From a virus: a stretch of DNA of 64,000 nucleotides. The stretch spans positions 6,363 through 70,362 of IMG/VR virus record IMGVR_UViG_3300032268_000599, one strand, 5' to 3'. A program made the translations under genes and the position numbers. Of this stretch, positions 29,594 to 39,187 are shown one piece after another. Within the stretch, counting starts at the first letter, position 1. The number at the start of each line of letters is the position of its first letter. The notes under the pieces were generated by a model. That model had not been told where the DNA came from. It searched no databases and worked only from the letters and a program-made list of their open reading frames with translations.

Positions 29594-29683
29594 ATGGCCT
29601 ACAACATGCCCAAACCTAAGGCAAAGCCCGCAGCTTCACCCGCGAAGCCGAAGATGCCGCCGAAGAAGATGCCAAAGAAGTAG
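29594..29683 (+). CDS. 29-aa Lys/Pro-rich peptide
   Basis: GGAGAGGTGG RBS; MAYNMPKPKAKPAASPAKPKMPPKKMPKK; terminator follows. Confidence 0.55.
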   Translation: MAYNMPKPKAKPAASPAKPKMPPKKMPKK

Positions 29684-29695
29684 TAAGCGGGAACG

Positions 29696-29732
29696 AAAAA
29701 GCCCCCCGGATTTTAGTTCCAGGGGGCTTTTT
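29696..29732. terminator. bidirectional intrinsic terminator
   Basis: aaaaagcccccc...gggggcttttt between convergent genes. Confidence 0.85.
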
Positions 29733-29743
29733 CCGTACCTACA

Positions 29744-30058
29744 TCAGGCCAGATTGGAAAGGTTTACCTTGCCTACGGGTCCGTGGGACCGGGTTCGCTT
29801 CCACTCCTTGAGGGCGGTCTTTCGCTTGTCGTCTGCGGCCTTTTTTGCGGCACGACACACCTGACACCGGCACCCCTTGTCGTAGCCGTAGCGACTGTGG
29901 TCGGTAACCACGCCAGTGCGGTCCGCACGAGCCTTGTCCCTGGCCGCGACCCGGCATCCACTACACCTACACCCCCAGTACGCGTACCCCGAGGGGGTTC
30001 CATGCCTGGGGTCTGACATTCCCCGTAGCGGCTTTACCGCCTTGACTGCTTTTCTCAT
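29744..30058 (-). CDS. protein with two H..Y..CRCxxC Zn-finger-like repeats
   Basis: HGTPSGYAYWGCRCSGC and HSRYGYDKGCRCQVC. Confidence 0.7.
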   Translation of the reverse strand: MRKAVKAVKPLRGMSDPRHGTPSGYAYWGCRCSGCRVAARDKARADRTGVVTDHSRYGYDKGCRCQVCRAAKKAADDKRKTALKEWKRTRSHGPVGKVNLSNLA

Positions 30059-30343
30059 GCAGAAAAGCATACACGCGAGGAAACTATTACGTCAAACCTA
30101 GTGACGTACCCGGCTTGGGTGACAACCGCTTATCTGTTCTCTTCGCGTCATGTTTAGCGATTAAACATGACAATCTTGTAGTATCCGCTATGCCAGGACA
30201 CGGAGGGGTGCAGCGGCTATGGGTGTGCCAATGGGTGTCCACTCCTCCGCTGCGCTCCGGAGTGTCCACTAGAGGTAAAGGCATTTTTTTGAACTCGATA
30301 GACGCGACACGCGAACTTTATCTAACTCTTAGAAAACTCTTAC

Positions 30344-30373
30344 TTGACCAACTGAGACGGATTCGGTTATATT
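30344..30373 (+). promoter_or_regulatory. SigA-like promoter, probably leaderless
   Basis: TTGACC-N18-TATATT, with ATG 7 nt after the -10 box. Confidence 0.65.
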
Positions 30374-30380
30374 TAACGGC

Positions 30381-31265
30381 ATGACAGCAATCATGGATGC
30401 CCACAGGGGTATCAATCACAGCGGCGGGGAGATCCCCGCCAACCTGGACATTCGCGTAATGTCCATTTCTTCGGTTCAGGCAGCACAGATGCTTGAACTG
30501 CATAAGGGGCCTAATCGTCGCACTTCGGACAATCAGGTCTTGAAGTTCCAGGCCGACATGGAGAATGGTCGGTGGCACTTTGAGGGTGCCCCCATCAAGC
30601 TCTCCAAGACGGGGAAGCTCCTCGACGGCAAGCACCGCCTGACGGCCTTGGCCAACACGGTGCCCGAAATGGAAATCTCTTTCGTGGTCATCACCGGCCT
30701 CGATGATGATTCCCAGATGTATATGGATATCGGTCAGATCCGCACCGTGGGCCAGCAGCTTGGCCTTCGCGGGATCTCCAACGGTGTTCTCTACGGGGCC
30801 GTAGCCAAGCTCTACCTTGAGTGGACCCGCGGACGCTTGTTCCGGGCATCCAACCGGGGGTCTACGAGTAAGTCTGAGCAGACCGAATGGGTAATCTCCC
30901 ATCAGGACATTCTGACCAGGCTTTCGGAGACTGGCTTCCAGCAGGTGGATGCACCCCCCTCAGTGGTCGGTGCCTTCACCCTGGCGATCTTGCAGATCAG
31001 TCCCGCCAGGGCCACCAAGTTCATCAGTCGCCTGGTAAGCGGTGCCTCACTCGCGGAGGGTGATCCCATCCTCGCTCTTGATCGTCGCCTCAGGAACATC
31101 CGGCGCTCCGGTGTCAGGGTGAGCCAGCGGGAGTACTTGGCGTACTTCATCAAGGCGTGGAATGCCTGGGTGATGGGTGACCGTTTGCAGAAGTTGCAGC
31201 TGTCCTCGCTCACTGAGGACAATTTCCCTGAGCTTCTTTCGGTTATCGACGCGAGCGAACTCTGA
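30381..31265 (+). CDS. ParB/Srx-like N-terminal domain protein
   Basis: NRR..., LLDGKHRLTAL, MDIGQIRT motifs. Confidence 0.7.
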   Translation: MTAIMDAHRGINHSGGEIPANLDIRVMSISSVQAAQMLELHKGPNRRTSDNQVLKFQADMENGRWHFEGAPIKLSKTGKLLDGKHRLTALANTVPEMEISFVVITGLDDDSQMYMDIGQIRTVGQQLGLRGISNGVLYGAVAKLYLEWTRGRLFRASNRGSTSKSEQTEWVISHQDILTRLSETGFQQVDAPPSVVGAFTLAILQISPARATKFISRLVSGASLAEGDPILALDRRLRNIRRSGVRVSQREYLAYFIKAWNAWVMGDRLQKLQLSSLTEDNFPELLSVIDASEL

Positions 31266-31336
31266 GAAGTGCAACTGATCGGGGGGTGGGGAATACCCGC
31301 CCCCCGATCATTGTTTTATCTATTATGATGGAGAGC

Positions 31337-31603
31337 ATGGAAGTTGTTGAGATTGCCCCCGGTTGGGGCGTTGAGCTTGAAACCCCTATATGTGAACTAC
31401 ACCTCGATGATGATTGTGAAACCTTCTGTACGCACGGCATACGAGTACACGAGTGCGGGTTCCACTACTGCTGCGAGGAATGCGCCAAGGTATTCGCCCA
31501 GCGGGTTCGGTGTGGGTTCAAGGATTTCAAAAAGATGCGGTGCGCCGAATGCAAACGAGGCTTCACCAATAACAAAAAATACTACCAAATAATTGAGTTG
31601 TGA
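31337..31603 (+). CDS. Cys-rich hypothetical protein
   Basis: Several CxxC motifs; TATGAT 7 nt upstream of ATG. Confidence 0.55.
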   Translation: MEVVEIAPGWGVELETPICELHLDDDCETFCTHGIRVHECGFHYCCEECAKVFAQRVRCGFKDFKKMRCAECKRGFTNNKKYYQIIEL

Positions 31604-31617
31604 GAGGCAGTGGAAGC

Positions 31618-32235
31618 GTGACTGAACTGGATAAATTGGCACCGGCTGTAGTTAAACTACAGTCGTTGCTTACCCCGGTTGGGAAATCGGCAGACAATCC
31701 ATTCTTTAAGTCCAAGTACGCACCCCTACCGGAGGTCAGGGCGGCTCTTCAGCCGCTCCTGGCCTCTTGTGATCTGGCGTTGGTGACGATGCCGACGATC
31801 ATTGACGGCAACAACGGTCTGCACTTCTACCTGTTTCATGCCAGCGGTCAATATCTTGACGGTCAGTGGATCCTCACCCCGGCTCAGAAAAACCCGCAGG
31901 GGGAGGGTGCGGATACCACCTACAAGCAGAGGTTCGGGATCATGGCGATCACCGGGCTGGTCGCTGATGAGGATGACGACGGAAACCAGGCATCCAAGGG
32001 GTCCGCAGCACCGGTCACCGCTTCCTACACTGCGAAGCTTGCCAAGCCGAAGGCTGCGAGCAGGCTCGACCAGGCCAAGTCCCGGCTGCGTGATGCGATC
32101 AAGTCATCCGGGGTTAAGGGCGATGAGTATGCATGGGTGGCGAAGGCCACCGATTCGGACGCGGAGAAGATAGACGGCCTCGCCGCCGCCCTTGAGTTGG
32201 GCCGGTCGGTAGGGGATTCCACTAAAACGGCATAA
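31618..32235 (+). CDS. ERF-family single-strand annealing protein
   Basis: NPFFKSKYAPL, HASGQY, PQGEGADTTYKQRF, DEDDDGN. Confidence 0.9.
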   Translation: MTELDKLAPAVVKLQSLLTPVGKSADNPFFKSKYAPLPEVRAALQPLLASCDLALVTMPTIIDGNNGLHFYLFHASGQYLDGQWILTPAQKNPQGEGADTTYKQRFGIMAITGLVADEDDDGNQASKGSAAPVTASYTAKLAKPKAASRLDQAKSRLRDAIKSSGVKGDEYAWVAKATDSDAEKIDGLAAALELGRSVGDSTKTA

Positions 32236-32301
32236 TAATAGTTAACCATAAGGGGCGTGTCGCGCCTATGGAAAACATTACGCTCGATCATCATAACTGT
32301 G

Positions 32302-33180
32302 ATGACCGACTTCAACGTAGAACGGGACCGTTGGGGCCGACCCCTTCTGTACCCACCGCAGGGCGGCAAGGCCGTGGCATACACGAGGGCTTCCACGATG
32401 GCCAAGTGGCTTGACTCGCAGGCCGGTTTAATCAACTGGAAGGCATCCATGGCGATGATTGGCATGGCCAGGTCCAAGCCCATTCAGGCCAGGATCGCCG
32501 CCATCGTCGCCCGGACCGAAAATGATGCGTACCGGGAGAACAAGGAAGCCCTGAAGGATCTGGTGGAGAACGCCACCCAGATCGCCCAGGCGCAAGGCCG
32601 CGCAGACCTGGGGACGGCGGTCCACGAGTTCACCGAGCTTCTTGATGCCGGAACGCTGGACTGGCAGTTCGTACCAGAACAGCTGAAGGCCCCCCTTGCC
32701 CTCTACCGCGAGAAGATGCAGGCATTTGAGACGGTGGACACTGAGGTTTTCGTGGCCGTCGATGCTGAAAGCGTTGACGGCAAGGCAATTCGTGGGGCTG
32801 GAAGCCTGGACCGAATCATCCGGCACCCGGAGTTCGGCGTGTGCGTGGCCGATATCAAGACCGGCGCAGAAGAGCCAAAATACCCCCTTGGTGTCACCAC
32901 CCAGGTGGCGATCTACTCGCGTGGGAGCCGATACAGGGACGCAAGATTCTCCGGATCGCCAGCCTTTGATGACGGCGAGCCTAATGCCGATGGCACCGCC
33001 TTCCGCAAGGAGCTTCACCCCGAACTGAACAAGTCCGTGGGAATTATGATCCACCTCCCGCTGGAAAAGGCCGAATGCTCGCTGTACGCATTGGACCTCG
33101 ATCACGGCTGGGAGTCCATGCTCCTTGGGCACCGCGTTCAGGACTCCCGCCGCCCACCCAAACTGCAAAGGATTGGATGA
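32302..33180 (+). CDS. PD-(D/E)xK exonuclease (RecE/Cas4-like partner of ERF)
   Basis: RDRWGRP, GTAVH, AGSLDR, ADIKTG, QVAIY. Confidence 0.85.
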   Translation: MTDFNVERDRWGRPLLYPPQGGKAVAYTRASTMAKWLDSQAGLINWKASMAMIGMARSKPIQARIAAIVARTENDAYRENKEALKDLVENATQIAQAQGRADLGTAVHEFTELLDAGTLDWQFVPEQLKAPLALYREKMQAFETVDTEVFVAVDAESVDGKAIRGAGSLDRIIRHPEFGVCVADIKTGAEEPKYPLGVTTQVAIYSRGSRYRDARFSGSPAFDDGEPNADGTAFRKELHPELNKSVGIMIHLPLEKAECSLYALDLDHGWESMLLGHRVQDSRRPPKLQRIG

Positions 33181-33866
33181 AAGTGCCCGACGACGTGCTT
33201 GAGTCCACAGATGACGTTCACGAGTCCATCGAACTGAGCAAAGCCCTTTCGGAAGCGGAGAAGGCGGCGTTTGAGGCCCGGTTGTCGGAAATTCAGGTCG
33301 CCCGGTCGGAGGTAGAGCTTCTTGAGGCTCAGATCAATTTGGACTACCAGCTATCGGGGCTGTTCACCTTCCATCGTCGCGTGGAGCAGAAGTCGATGAA
33401 CCGCCTGTACCGATCCATGCGCCTGTGGAACAAGCACAATGCCAGCGGTAAGTGGACGATCTACCTCAACTCCGTAGGGGGCGAGGCGTGGGCGGGTATC
33501 GGAATCATTGACGAGTTGATCGCTCAGTCCATTCGCGGCGGCGGTACGCACGACATAACAATCAAGGTCCGCGGAGTGGCTGCGTCGGCAGCGGCGATGA
33601 TCCTTCAGTCCGCGGACCACCGCGTCATCGGTCGCAACTCCCAGTTGATGATTCACAAGGGTTCCTCCGGTATCCAGGGCACCGCCGACGATATCGGTGA
33701 TGAACACGCGTGGTGGGAGTCCAGCGTGGAGCGGATGGCGGAACTGTTCCTTTCCCGCACCGAAAAGATCACCAAGCGCGAGTTCATGCGGAAGATCAAC
33801 CGGCGCGACTGGTGGCTGTCCGCTGACGAGGCTGTCAGGGTTGGGTTCGCTGATGAAATCGGATGA
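33177..33866 (+). CDS. clpP: ClpP-like protease
   Basis: IYLNSVGG, GVAASAAA (Ser), LMIH (His), RDWWLSADEA..GFADEI. Confidence 0.85.
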   Translation: MKVPDDVLESTDDVHESIELSKALSEAEKAAFEARLSEIQVARSEVELLEAQINLDYQLSGLFTFHRRVEQKSMNRLYRSMRLWNKHNASGKWTIYLNSVGGEAWAGIGIIDELIAQSIRGGGTHDITIKVRGVAASAAAMILQSADHRVIGRNSQLMIHKGSSGIQGTADDIGDEHAWWESSVERMAELFLSRTEKITKREFMRKINRRDWWLSADEAVRVGFADEIG

Positions 33867-34215
33867 CCTGATTACTCCCGCCGATGTTGAGCGGGAGATG
33901 GTTGAGCTTACTGCCCGTATTGACCGCGCCCCGGCCACCCTCAAGGAGTATCACGAAAAGGTGAGGGCGGCTCGGCAGGCCCACAAGAAGGCTTACGCCT
34001 TAGCCTATGCAGCGGCGGCGGGAACGCAGATGGACCGCAAGATGCAGGCCGATCTGGACACTGAAGAAACCCTGAAGGCCCTCGATGACGCTGAGATTTC
34101 CTACAGGTTTGTCAACGACACGTTTGACAGCTTGAGCAAGAAACTCCGTGCGCTGCAATCTGTTTCGTCACTAATGAAGGCAAGCATGTTCGGCTCGACG
34201 GCAGGTGGTATCTGA
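33853..34215 (+). CDS. coiled-coil hypothetical protein
   Basis: Helical ORF ending LRALQSV; coupled to neighbours. Confidence 0.65.
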   Translation: MKSDDLITPADVEREMVELTARIDRAPATLKEYHEKVRAARQAHKKAYALAYAAAAGTQMDRKMQADLDTEETLKALDDAEISYRFVNDTFDSLSKKLRALQSVSSLMKASMFGSTAGGI

Positions 34216-34589
34216 TGGCGTGGTTCAAGAAGAGGGGTGATGCTACCCCTGCGGTTCGGTCGGTTCAGATCCCGCGGGAGCATCAGCATCCCGGCGATTG
34301 GATCATGGTTCCGTTTCGGTTTGCTGAGGCCGCGCGGGTGAGTATTCATACGATTGGTTGCCAGGAGGAAATTCCTGCTCCGGTCAGGTTTTGGATTGCC
34401 CAATGGCTTGCGGACTACAACTACCAACTGGTAGCGTATATGAAGGAATATTACGGCCCGGAAATCCTGCCGCTGCTTGACCGGATCACTGATGAGGTTA
34501 AACCTCCCGATTCGGAAGATCAATCGGAAGCCGATGGGCGTAGTACCGCCTGGGATCATTGGGAAAACCAGTTCAAGGAGGACTGCTAG
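34215..34589 (+). CDS. hypothetical protein
   Basis: Coupled 124-aa ORF. Confidence 0.6.
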   Translation: MAWFKKRGDATPAVRSVQIPREHQHPGDWIMVPFRFAEAARVSIHTIGCQEEIPAPVRFWIAQWLADYNYQLVAYMKEYYGPEILPLLDRITDEVKPPDSEDQSEADGRSTAWDHWENQFKEDC

Positions 34590-34939
34590 TGGGGCGATCA
34601 TTTGACCGGCACACCGATCCGGTCAATCTGGTTCACGAGAACGCGTTCCACATTCCCCTGAGGCTGGCGGAACTTCTGCACGCCACGCTTGGCCCCCTGG
34701 CCGAACAGCTTGCCATCGAAGGGCACTCCTGGGAGCCGATGGTCAGACGGGTGCTGGCCGAATACACCGAACTACGAAACGCGATCCTTCGGCAGACCCA
34801 CGGCAGTTCGGTCCTTGCCGATATCAAGCATGAGACTTTCCTTGCTTCCGAATGGCTTTGCACCCTAACGTCCTTGGCCGTGAGTGAGGCCGCGGATTTT
34901 GTGACATGGGCTTCTGAGGTTGAGGGCGAAGCAGTCTGA
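34589..34939 (+). CDS. hypothetical protein
   Basis: GTG start overlapping upstream TAG; AAGGAGG RBS. Confidence 0.55.
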   Translation: MGRSFDRHTDPVNLVHENAFHIPLRLAELLHATLGPLAEQLAIEGHSWEPMVRRVLAEYTELRNAILRQTHGSSVLADIKHETFLASEWLCTLTSLAVSEAADFVTWASEVEGEAV

Positions 34940-35267
34940 GCGCCGCTGCCGGGAGCTAGTGGCAGAACGATCCGATGGCCTGTGCGAGCGTTGCGGTGGA
35001 GAGGCCCACAGCTTTCACCACAGGGTCAAGCGCGGCCAGGGCGGACCCTGGGAACCTCAAAACATTGTGCATCTGTGCGGCCACGGAACTCTCGGCTGCC
35101 ACGGCTGGGTGGAGGGGCACCCCAACGCCGCGGAGGACGAAGGGTTTCATGTTCGGCCCTGGCGAGATCCGGCGCGTGTCGCTGTCGTCTATAGAAAACT
35201 ATTACTGGTACGTTTATGCCCATCGGGTTCGATGGAAAGGTTGGCGAGGATATGTCACTACCAGTAG
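34920..35267 (+). CDS. HNH endonuclease
   Basis: CERCG...HHRVKRGQGG..NIVHLCG..CHGWVE. Confidence 0.8.
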   Translation: MRAKQSERRCRELVAERSDGLCERCGGEAHSFHHRVKRGQGGPWEPQNIVHLCGHGTLGCHGWVEGHPNAAEDEGFHVRPWRDPARVAVVYRKLLLVRLCPSGSMERLARICHYQ

Positions 35268-35629
35268 TCAGCGGCAGAGGGTTCCTTATCTCCCCTGGGG
35301 TTGAGTTGAAGTTCGGTAAGACCGGGACCGCGTATGCGCGACTTCCTTTGTCGTTCAAGAACTCTCGCAAGACCCCGGACGGCTGGACTCACGACAAGGA
35401 AATCCTTATCGAGGGCACCGTGTTCGGGAAGCTGGCCGAGTACCTGTGCGAGGTGGTTACCACCCAACAGGAACTGAACTTTTCGGGCGAGGTTTACGTC
35501 GAGGAGTACGAGGGCAAGAAGTACATCAAGGCCAACATCCTGAGCGCGTGGCCGGTCAAAGAGGGTGGCGGTTCATTTGCGGGTGCCGTATCGGGTTCCC
35601 GTTCCTCCGGGGCTGACCTACCGTTCTGA
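35252..35629 (+). CDS. ssb: single-stranded DNA-binding protein
   Basis: ELKFGKTG, VFGKLAE, C-terminal DLPF. Confidence 0.88.
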   Translation: MSLPVVSGRGFLISPGVELKFGKTGTAYARLPLSFKNSRKTPDGWTHDKEILIEGTVFGKLAEYLCEVVTTQQELNFSGEVYVEEYEGKKYIKANILSAWPVKEGGGSFAGAVSGSRSSGADLPF

Positions 35630-35632
35630 GTC

Positions 35633-36100
35633 ATGGACCGCGCAGAGGCCCGGAAAAGGTACGAAGAAACCTTTAGGGACTTCATGGCGGCGTACCCGCG
35701 CCGCGTGGATCATGCTCGTGCATACGACATTTTCCTAGACCTCGTTCTGGACGAGGGGGTGGAACCATCAATGATTATTTCCAGGGCCGAGTCCTACAGC
35801 CGGAACGTAGACCCTGAAAGCATCAAGTATGTCCCCTCGCCCAGAACGTGGTTACGCGACCGCAGGTTTCACGACGAGGACATTTTCACCGACCGCAAGG
35901 TGTCCGCAAGGGACTGGTTCATCCGGGCCTACAAGGATGCTGACGCGGCGGCGGTGGAGAAGCGTTACGGGTTTGTCTACCCGGACCCCCCAATCCCAGC
36001 GGACGTGACCGACGTTCGTCACTGGTGTGAGGACGACCGAAGGAAGTGGGTTGGCCAGGTGGCCAACCATGTCCTTAACGATGCGCCACTACCGGAGTGA
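35633..36100 (+). CDS. replication initiator/loader-like protein
   Basis: FMAAYPRR...YVPSPRTWL motif; directly upstream of primase-helicase. Confidence 0.55.
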   Translation: MDRAEARKRYEETFRDFMAAYPRRVDHARAYDIFLDLVLDEGVEPSMIISRAESYSRNVDPESIKYVPSPRTWLRDRRFHDEDIFTDRKVSARDWFIRAYKDADAAAVEKRYGFVYPDPPIPADVTDVRHWCEDDRRKWVGQVANHVLNDAPLPE

Positions 36101-37583
36101 TGTGCTAGACGCATACAAGAGGTTCGTTGACGCGGCCAGAGACAAGGGCTTGACCGTTCAGGAATTGGACGGCAGGGCCATGGTTCAGTGCCCCGCCCAT
36201 AACGACGGCAGGCCCTCCCTCAGTGTCCGACCCATCGAGGGTTCGGTGCTGGCGTACTGCATGGCCGGGTGTCAAACCCTTGACGTTGTAGAGGGTTTAG
36301 GTCTGTCCATGTCGGACCTGTTCGATGACAGTTCCGGCTTTGCTTACGAGTATCCCGGTGGCCGGATCGTCAAGCGCACCCCAAGCAAAGAGTTCTTCCA
36401 GTCGGGCAACAAGTCCGACACCTCCCTGTACCGGGCCGACCGTATCGGGGATTCAAAAACCGTCTATGTCGTAGAGGGAGAGAAAGATGTTCTGGCTGTT
36501 GAATCGGTTGGAGGACAGGCTGTATCAGCGCCTAATGGGGCTTCGGCCAAACCCGAAAGATATGATTGGGAACCCCTCCGGGGAAAGACGGTGCGGATTG
36601 TCGCAGACCGGGACGCAGCTGGCGCGAAACGTGCGAAGGAAGTCTCACTACACCTTGAGGGAATTGCAGAAAGCGTTTGTGTCGTTGACCCAGCGGTAGG
36701 CAAGGATGCTGCGGATCATATCGCTGCCGGGTACGGGCTTGAGGATCTTCGGTATCGGTCGCCACCGGATGTAATCACCATGTCTCAGGCGTTCGATTCC
36801 TGGCTTGCGTGGCGCGACAGCGAGAAATCCGAACCCATCCCCACACCCTGGCAGTCCCTCAATAAGGGGCTTGCCGGTGGACTGCATCCGGGTCGTCTGT
36901 ATGTGGTGGCCGCGCGCACCGGGCAGGGAAAGAGCGTCGCCGGTCAGAACATGGTGTCCTACGCCGTGTCCCAGGGCCACCCCTCGCTGGTCGTCAGTGT
37001 TGAGATGCCGGTCGTGGAGGTCGTGTCCAGAATCTTGGCGGCGCAGGCCGGGATCGACTACAGCGTTATCACCAAGCGGGAGTTTGGTGATTCCCTCACC
37101 GCGGTTGATGAATACATTCAGGGCCACCGGTCCATGCCGATGTATCTGTGCGACAACCCGACCGTCACGGTGGAGCAGATCGCCCAGAAGTGCAGGACGC
37201 TCAAGGAAACCACCGGCCTGTCAATGCTGTTCCTTGACTACGCGCAGCTGGTGTCGCCGTCTGACCGCAGAGTGTCCCGCCAGGAGCAGGTAGCCCACAT
37301 CGTCAGGGCCACGAAGCTGATCGCCATGGAGTTGGAGATCGCCGTCGTTCTGGCTGCCCAGCTAAATCGCAATGCCGACTCTGAGGTCGATGGCCGCACC
37401 CCGAAGGTGTCGGATCTGCGGGAGTCCGGTGAGCTTGAGCAATCCGCTGACGTGATTCTCTTGCTGCATCAGGAGCAGAATTCGCCGTCGATCATCGTTA
37501 ACATCGCAAAGAATCGCACCGGCCCACCCAAGTCCATTTCTCTTATTCGCCGCTTCGATCAGGCCAGGTTAGATCCGGTATGA
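36081..37583 (+). CDS. DNA primase-helicase (Zn finger + TOPRIM + DnaB)
   Basis: CPAHND..CMAGC; VVEGEKD, ADRDAAG; AARTGQGKS, DYAQL, AQLNR, DLRESGELEQSAD. Confidence 0.93.
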   Translation: MRHYRSDVLDAYKRFVDAARDKGLTVQELDGRAMVQCPAHNDGRPSLSVRPIEGSVLAYCMAGCQTLDVVEGLGLSMSDLFDDSSGFAYEYPGGRIVKRTPSKEFFQSGNKSDTSLYRADRIGDSKTVYVVEGEKDVLAVESVGGQAVSAPNGASAKPERYDWEPLRGKTVRIVADRDAAGAKRAKEVSLHLEGIAESVCVVDPAVGKDAADHIAAGYGLEDLRYRSPPDVITMSQAFDSWLAWRDSEKSEPIPTPWQSLNKGLAGGLHPGRLYVVAARTGQGKSVAGQNMVSYAVSQGHPSLVVSVEMPVVEVVSRILAAQAGIDYSVITKREFGDSLTAVDEYIQGHRSMPMYLCDNPTVTVEQIAQKCRTLKETTGLSMLFLDYAQLVSPSDRRVSRQEQVAHIVRATKLIAMELEIAVVLAAQLNRNADSEVDGRTPKVSDLRESGELEQSADVILLLHQEQNSPSIIVNIAKNRTGPPKSISLIRRFDQARLDPV

Positions 37584-37873
37584 AAACCTGGCACCGAAAA
37601 GACGAATGGGTTGAGCTTGCCAGATGTGGGGATTCGGCAATTCACACCATGGAGAATCCCGATGAAATGGATCGGCTAGAAGCCGAAGCTATTTGTGGCG
37701 AATGTATTGTTAGACCTGAGTGCATTCAATGGGCCATTAAGGAAAGGGCCTGCTCCGTTTTTGTTGCAGGTATCTATTTACCCGACCCGGCCAATAAGCG
37801 TGAATTAAAATTGCTTTATAGTCAATTGGAGAAGTCGCTTCCCGCGGAGCGAGAATTGATCGGAGAAATATGA
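37580..37873 (+). CDS. whiB: WhiB-like protein (divergent)
   Basis: WVELARC...ICGECIVRPEC; SVFVAG in place of GVWGG. Confidence 0.7.
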   Translation: MKTWHRKDEWVELARCGDSAIHTMENPDEMDRLEAEAICGECIVRPECIQWAIKERACSVFVAGIYLPDPANKRELKLLYSQLEKSLPAERELIGEI

Positions 37874-38046
37874 CCGCCAACGGAGCAATCTTTGACCCGA
37901 TGGATAAATCCCTGGTGATTTCCGCCAAGGTTGCGGACATTTTTGTGCTTCCCGAATCCGATGGCCGGGTCACCATTGGCATATCGAAGCTGGATGAGGG
38001 TATTGAGATTGTGCATGAGGATAGCGCCCTGTGGTGGCCAGTGTGA
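37870..38046 (+). CDS. hypothetical protein
   Basis: ATGA-coupled 58-aa ORF with GGAG RBS. Confidence 0.5.
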   Translation: MTANGAIFDPMDKSLVISAKVADIFVLPESDGRVTIGISKLDEGIEIVHEDSALWWPV

Positions 38047-38330
38047 ACAATAAGAACAGGAAGGTCACCGTCCCCGGTCGGGTGTTGGAGGTTTCCTATG
38101 TCGCCGGGGGCGATCAGGTAAAGAATGCGGTCATTGCAATCCGCCACGCCGACCGCATCATCATGGTGTTTTACGCAAAGGATTCCGGCCCACCATCTGC
38201 CTGGTCAATGACCGCGGTCGAGGCGAATCAGTTCGCGGAGGACGTGAAGGCGGCATATCTAGCCATTGCCGACGACGCGAAGATAGCGCAGCTAGAGAGG
38301 GAGTTCGGCGGAAATAATGATGAAAATTGA
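38031..38330 (+). CDS. hypothetical protein
   Basis: ORF in operon. Confidence 0.55.
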   Translation: MVASVNNKNRKVTVPGRVLEVSYVAGGDQVKNAVIAIRHADRIIMVFYAKDSGPPSAWSMTAVEANQFAEDVKAAYLAIADDAKIAQLEREFGGNNDEN

Positions 38331-38586
38331 ACCTAACTGGAACTGGGGTCCTGCCTGGAACAAGATCCGTGAGGACTTGAACACCCTGGCGTGGCTTTTC
38401 GAGGAGGAAAGGACCATCCAGCGGCTCTATATCGAGAGCGTTTTCTGGGTCTTGAGCGGAACGGGAATGACTATTGAAGAATTCGCCAGAGAAGTGGGTC
38501 TTGGTGCTTCCGCTGAAGGCTCCGATGATGAGTACGAACGGCCAGAGGAGAGCGCACTGGACGGGGGTGGCGAAGGCCAAGGCTGA
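38317..38586 (+). CDS. hypothetical protein
   Basis: ORF in operon; acidic tail overlaps the next gene. Confidence 0.5.
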   Translation: MMKIEPNWNWGPAWNKIREDLNTLAWLFEEERTIQRLYIESVFWVLSGTGMTIEEFAREVGLGASAEGSDDEYERPEESALDGGGEGQG

Positions 38587-38884
38587 TACAGAAATAATAG
38601 TTTTAGCTGCCGCCCGAAAAGCGAAACTTGATCGTGTAGATGGGCTATTATCGGTTCGTATCATTTGGTACGCGCCGGATGCCCGGAAGAGAGACGTTGA
38701 TTCACTCGCGGTTTTAGCTAAATCATCTTTGGACGCGCTCAAAAAAGGAAAGATTATTGATGACGACCATGCGGGAATCGTTCACGAAGTCAGCCTCGGA
38801 CCAATTATTATCGCAAGAGACAACCCGCGAATTGAGATTCACGTCAGAAGATTGGAAGCTGGATGGGGTTTGTCGGACGATTGA
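38474..38884 (+). CDS. RusA-like Holliday junction resolvase
   Basis: RKRDVDSL..KSSLDAL..IIDDD..NPRIEI. Confidence 0.8.
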   Translation: MKNSPEKWVLVLPLKAPMMSTNGQRRAHWTGVAKAKADTEIIVLAAARKAKLDRVDGLLSVRIIWYAPDARKRDVDSLAVLAKSSLDALKKGKIIDDDHAGIVHEVSLGPIIIARDNPRIEIHVRRLEAGWGLSDD

Positions 38885-39074
38885 TCCGGACCTGTGGTTT
38901 CCGGATGCTCCGCAGACCGGGGCTGTGGCTAAGAGGGTATGCCGGTCCTGCCCGGTGATTAAGGAATGCCTTCAGTACGCCCTGGATAACAATGAAATGT
39001 ATGGCGTATGGGGTGGTATGGGCAATTCTGAGCGCAAATTGCTGCGCCGTCGCATGAATATCAGAGCTATTTAG
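38757..39074 (+). CDS. whiB: WhiB family transcription factor
   Basis: C..DPDLWFP..AKRVCRSCPV..C..GVWGG..ER; exact start uncertain. Confidence 0.9.
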   Translation: MMTTMRESFTKSASDQLLSQETTRELRFTSEDWKLDGVCRTIDPDLWFPDAPQTGAVAKRVCRSCPVIKECLQYALDNNEMYGVWGGMGNSERKLLRRRMNIRAI

Positions 39075-39137
39075 ATGCACTATCTAATGGTAGAATTGTA
39101 AGGGGTAGGCTCTATCGCCTTTAAGACTCTGCGCCCT

Positions 39138-39187
39138 GGCCCGGAGGAAGTTCCAGTTCGCCTCTCCCAGCGGACCTCCTCCGGGCC
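39138..39187 (+). ncRNA. hairpin / candidate small RNA
   Basis: ggcccggagga...tcctccgggcc stem downstream of TGG-TAGAAT extended -10 at about 39087-39095. Confidence 0.35.

Noticed and set aside
32302-33180. CRISPR-associated Cas4
   Set aside because: Lacks the four-Cys Fe-S cluster; sits beside ERF as a recombination nuclease; no array
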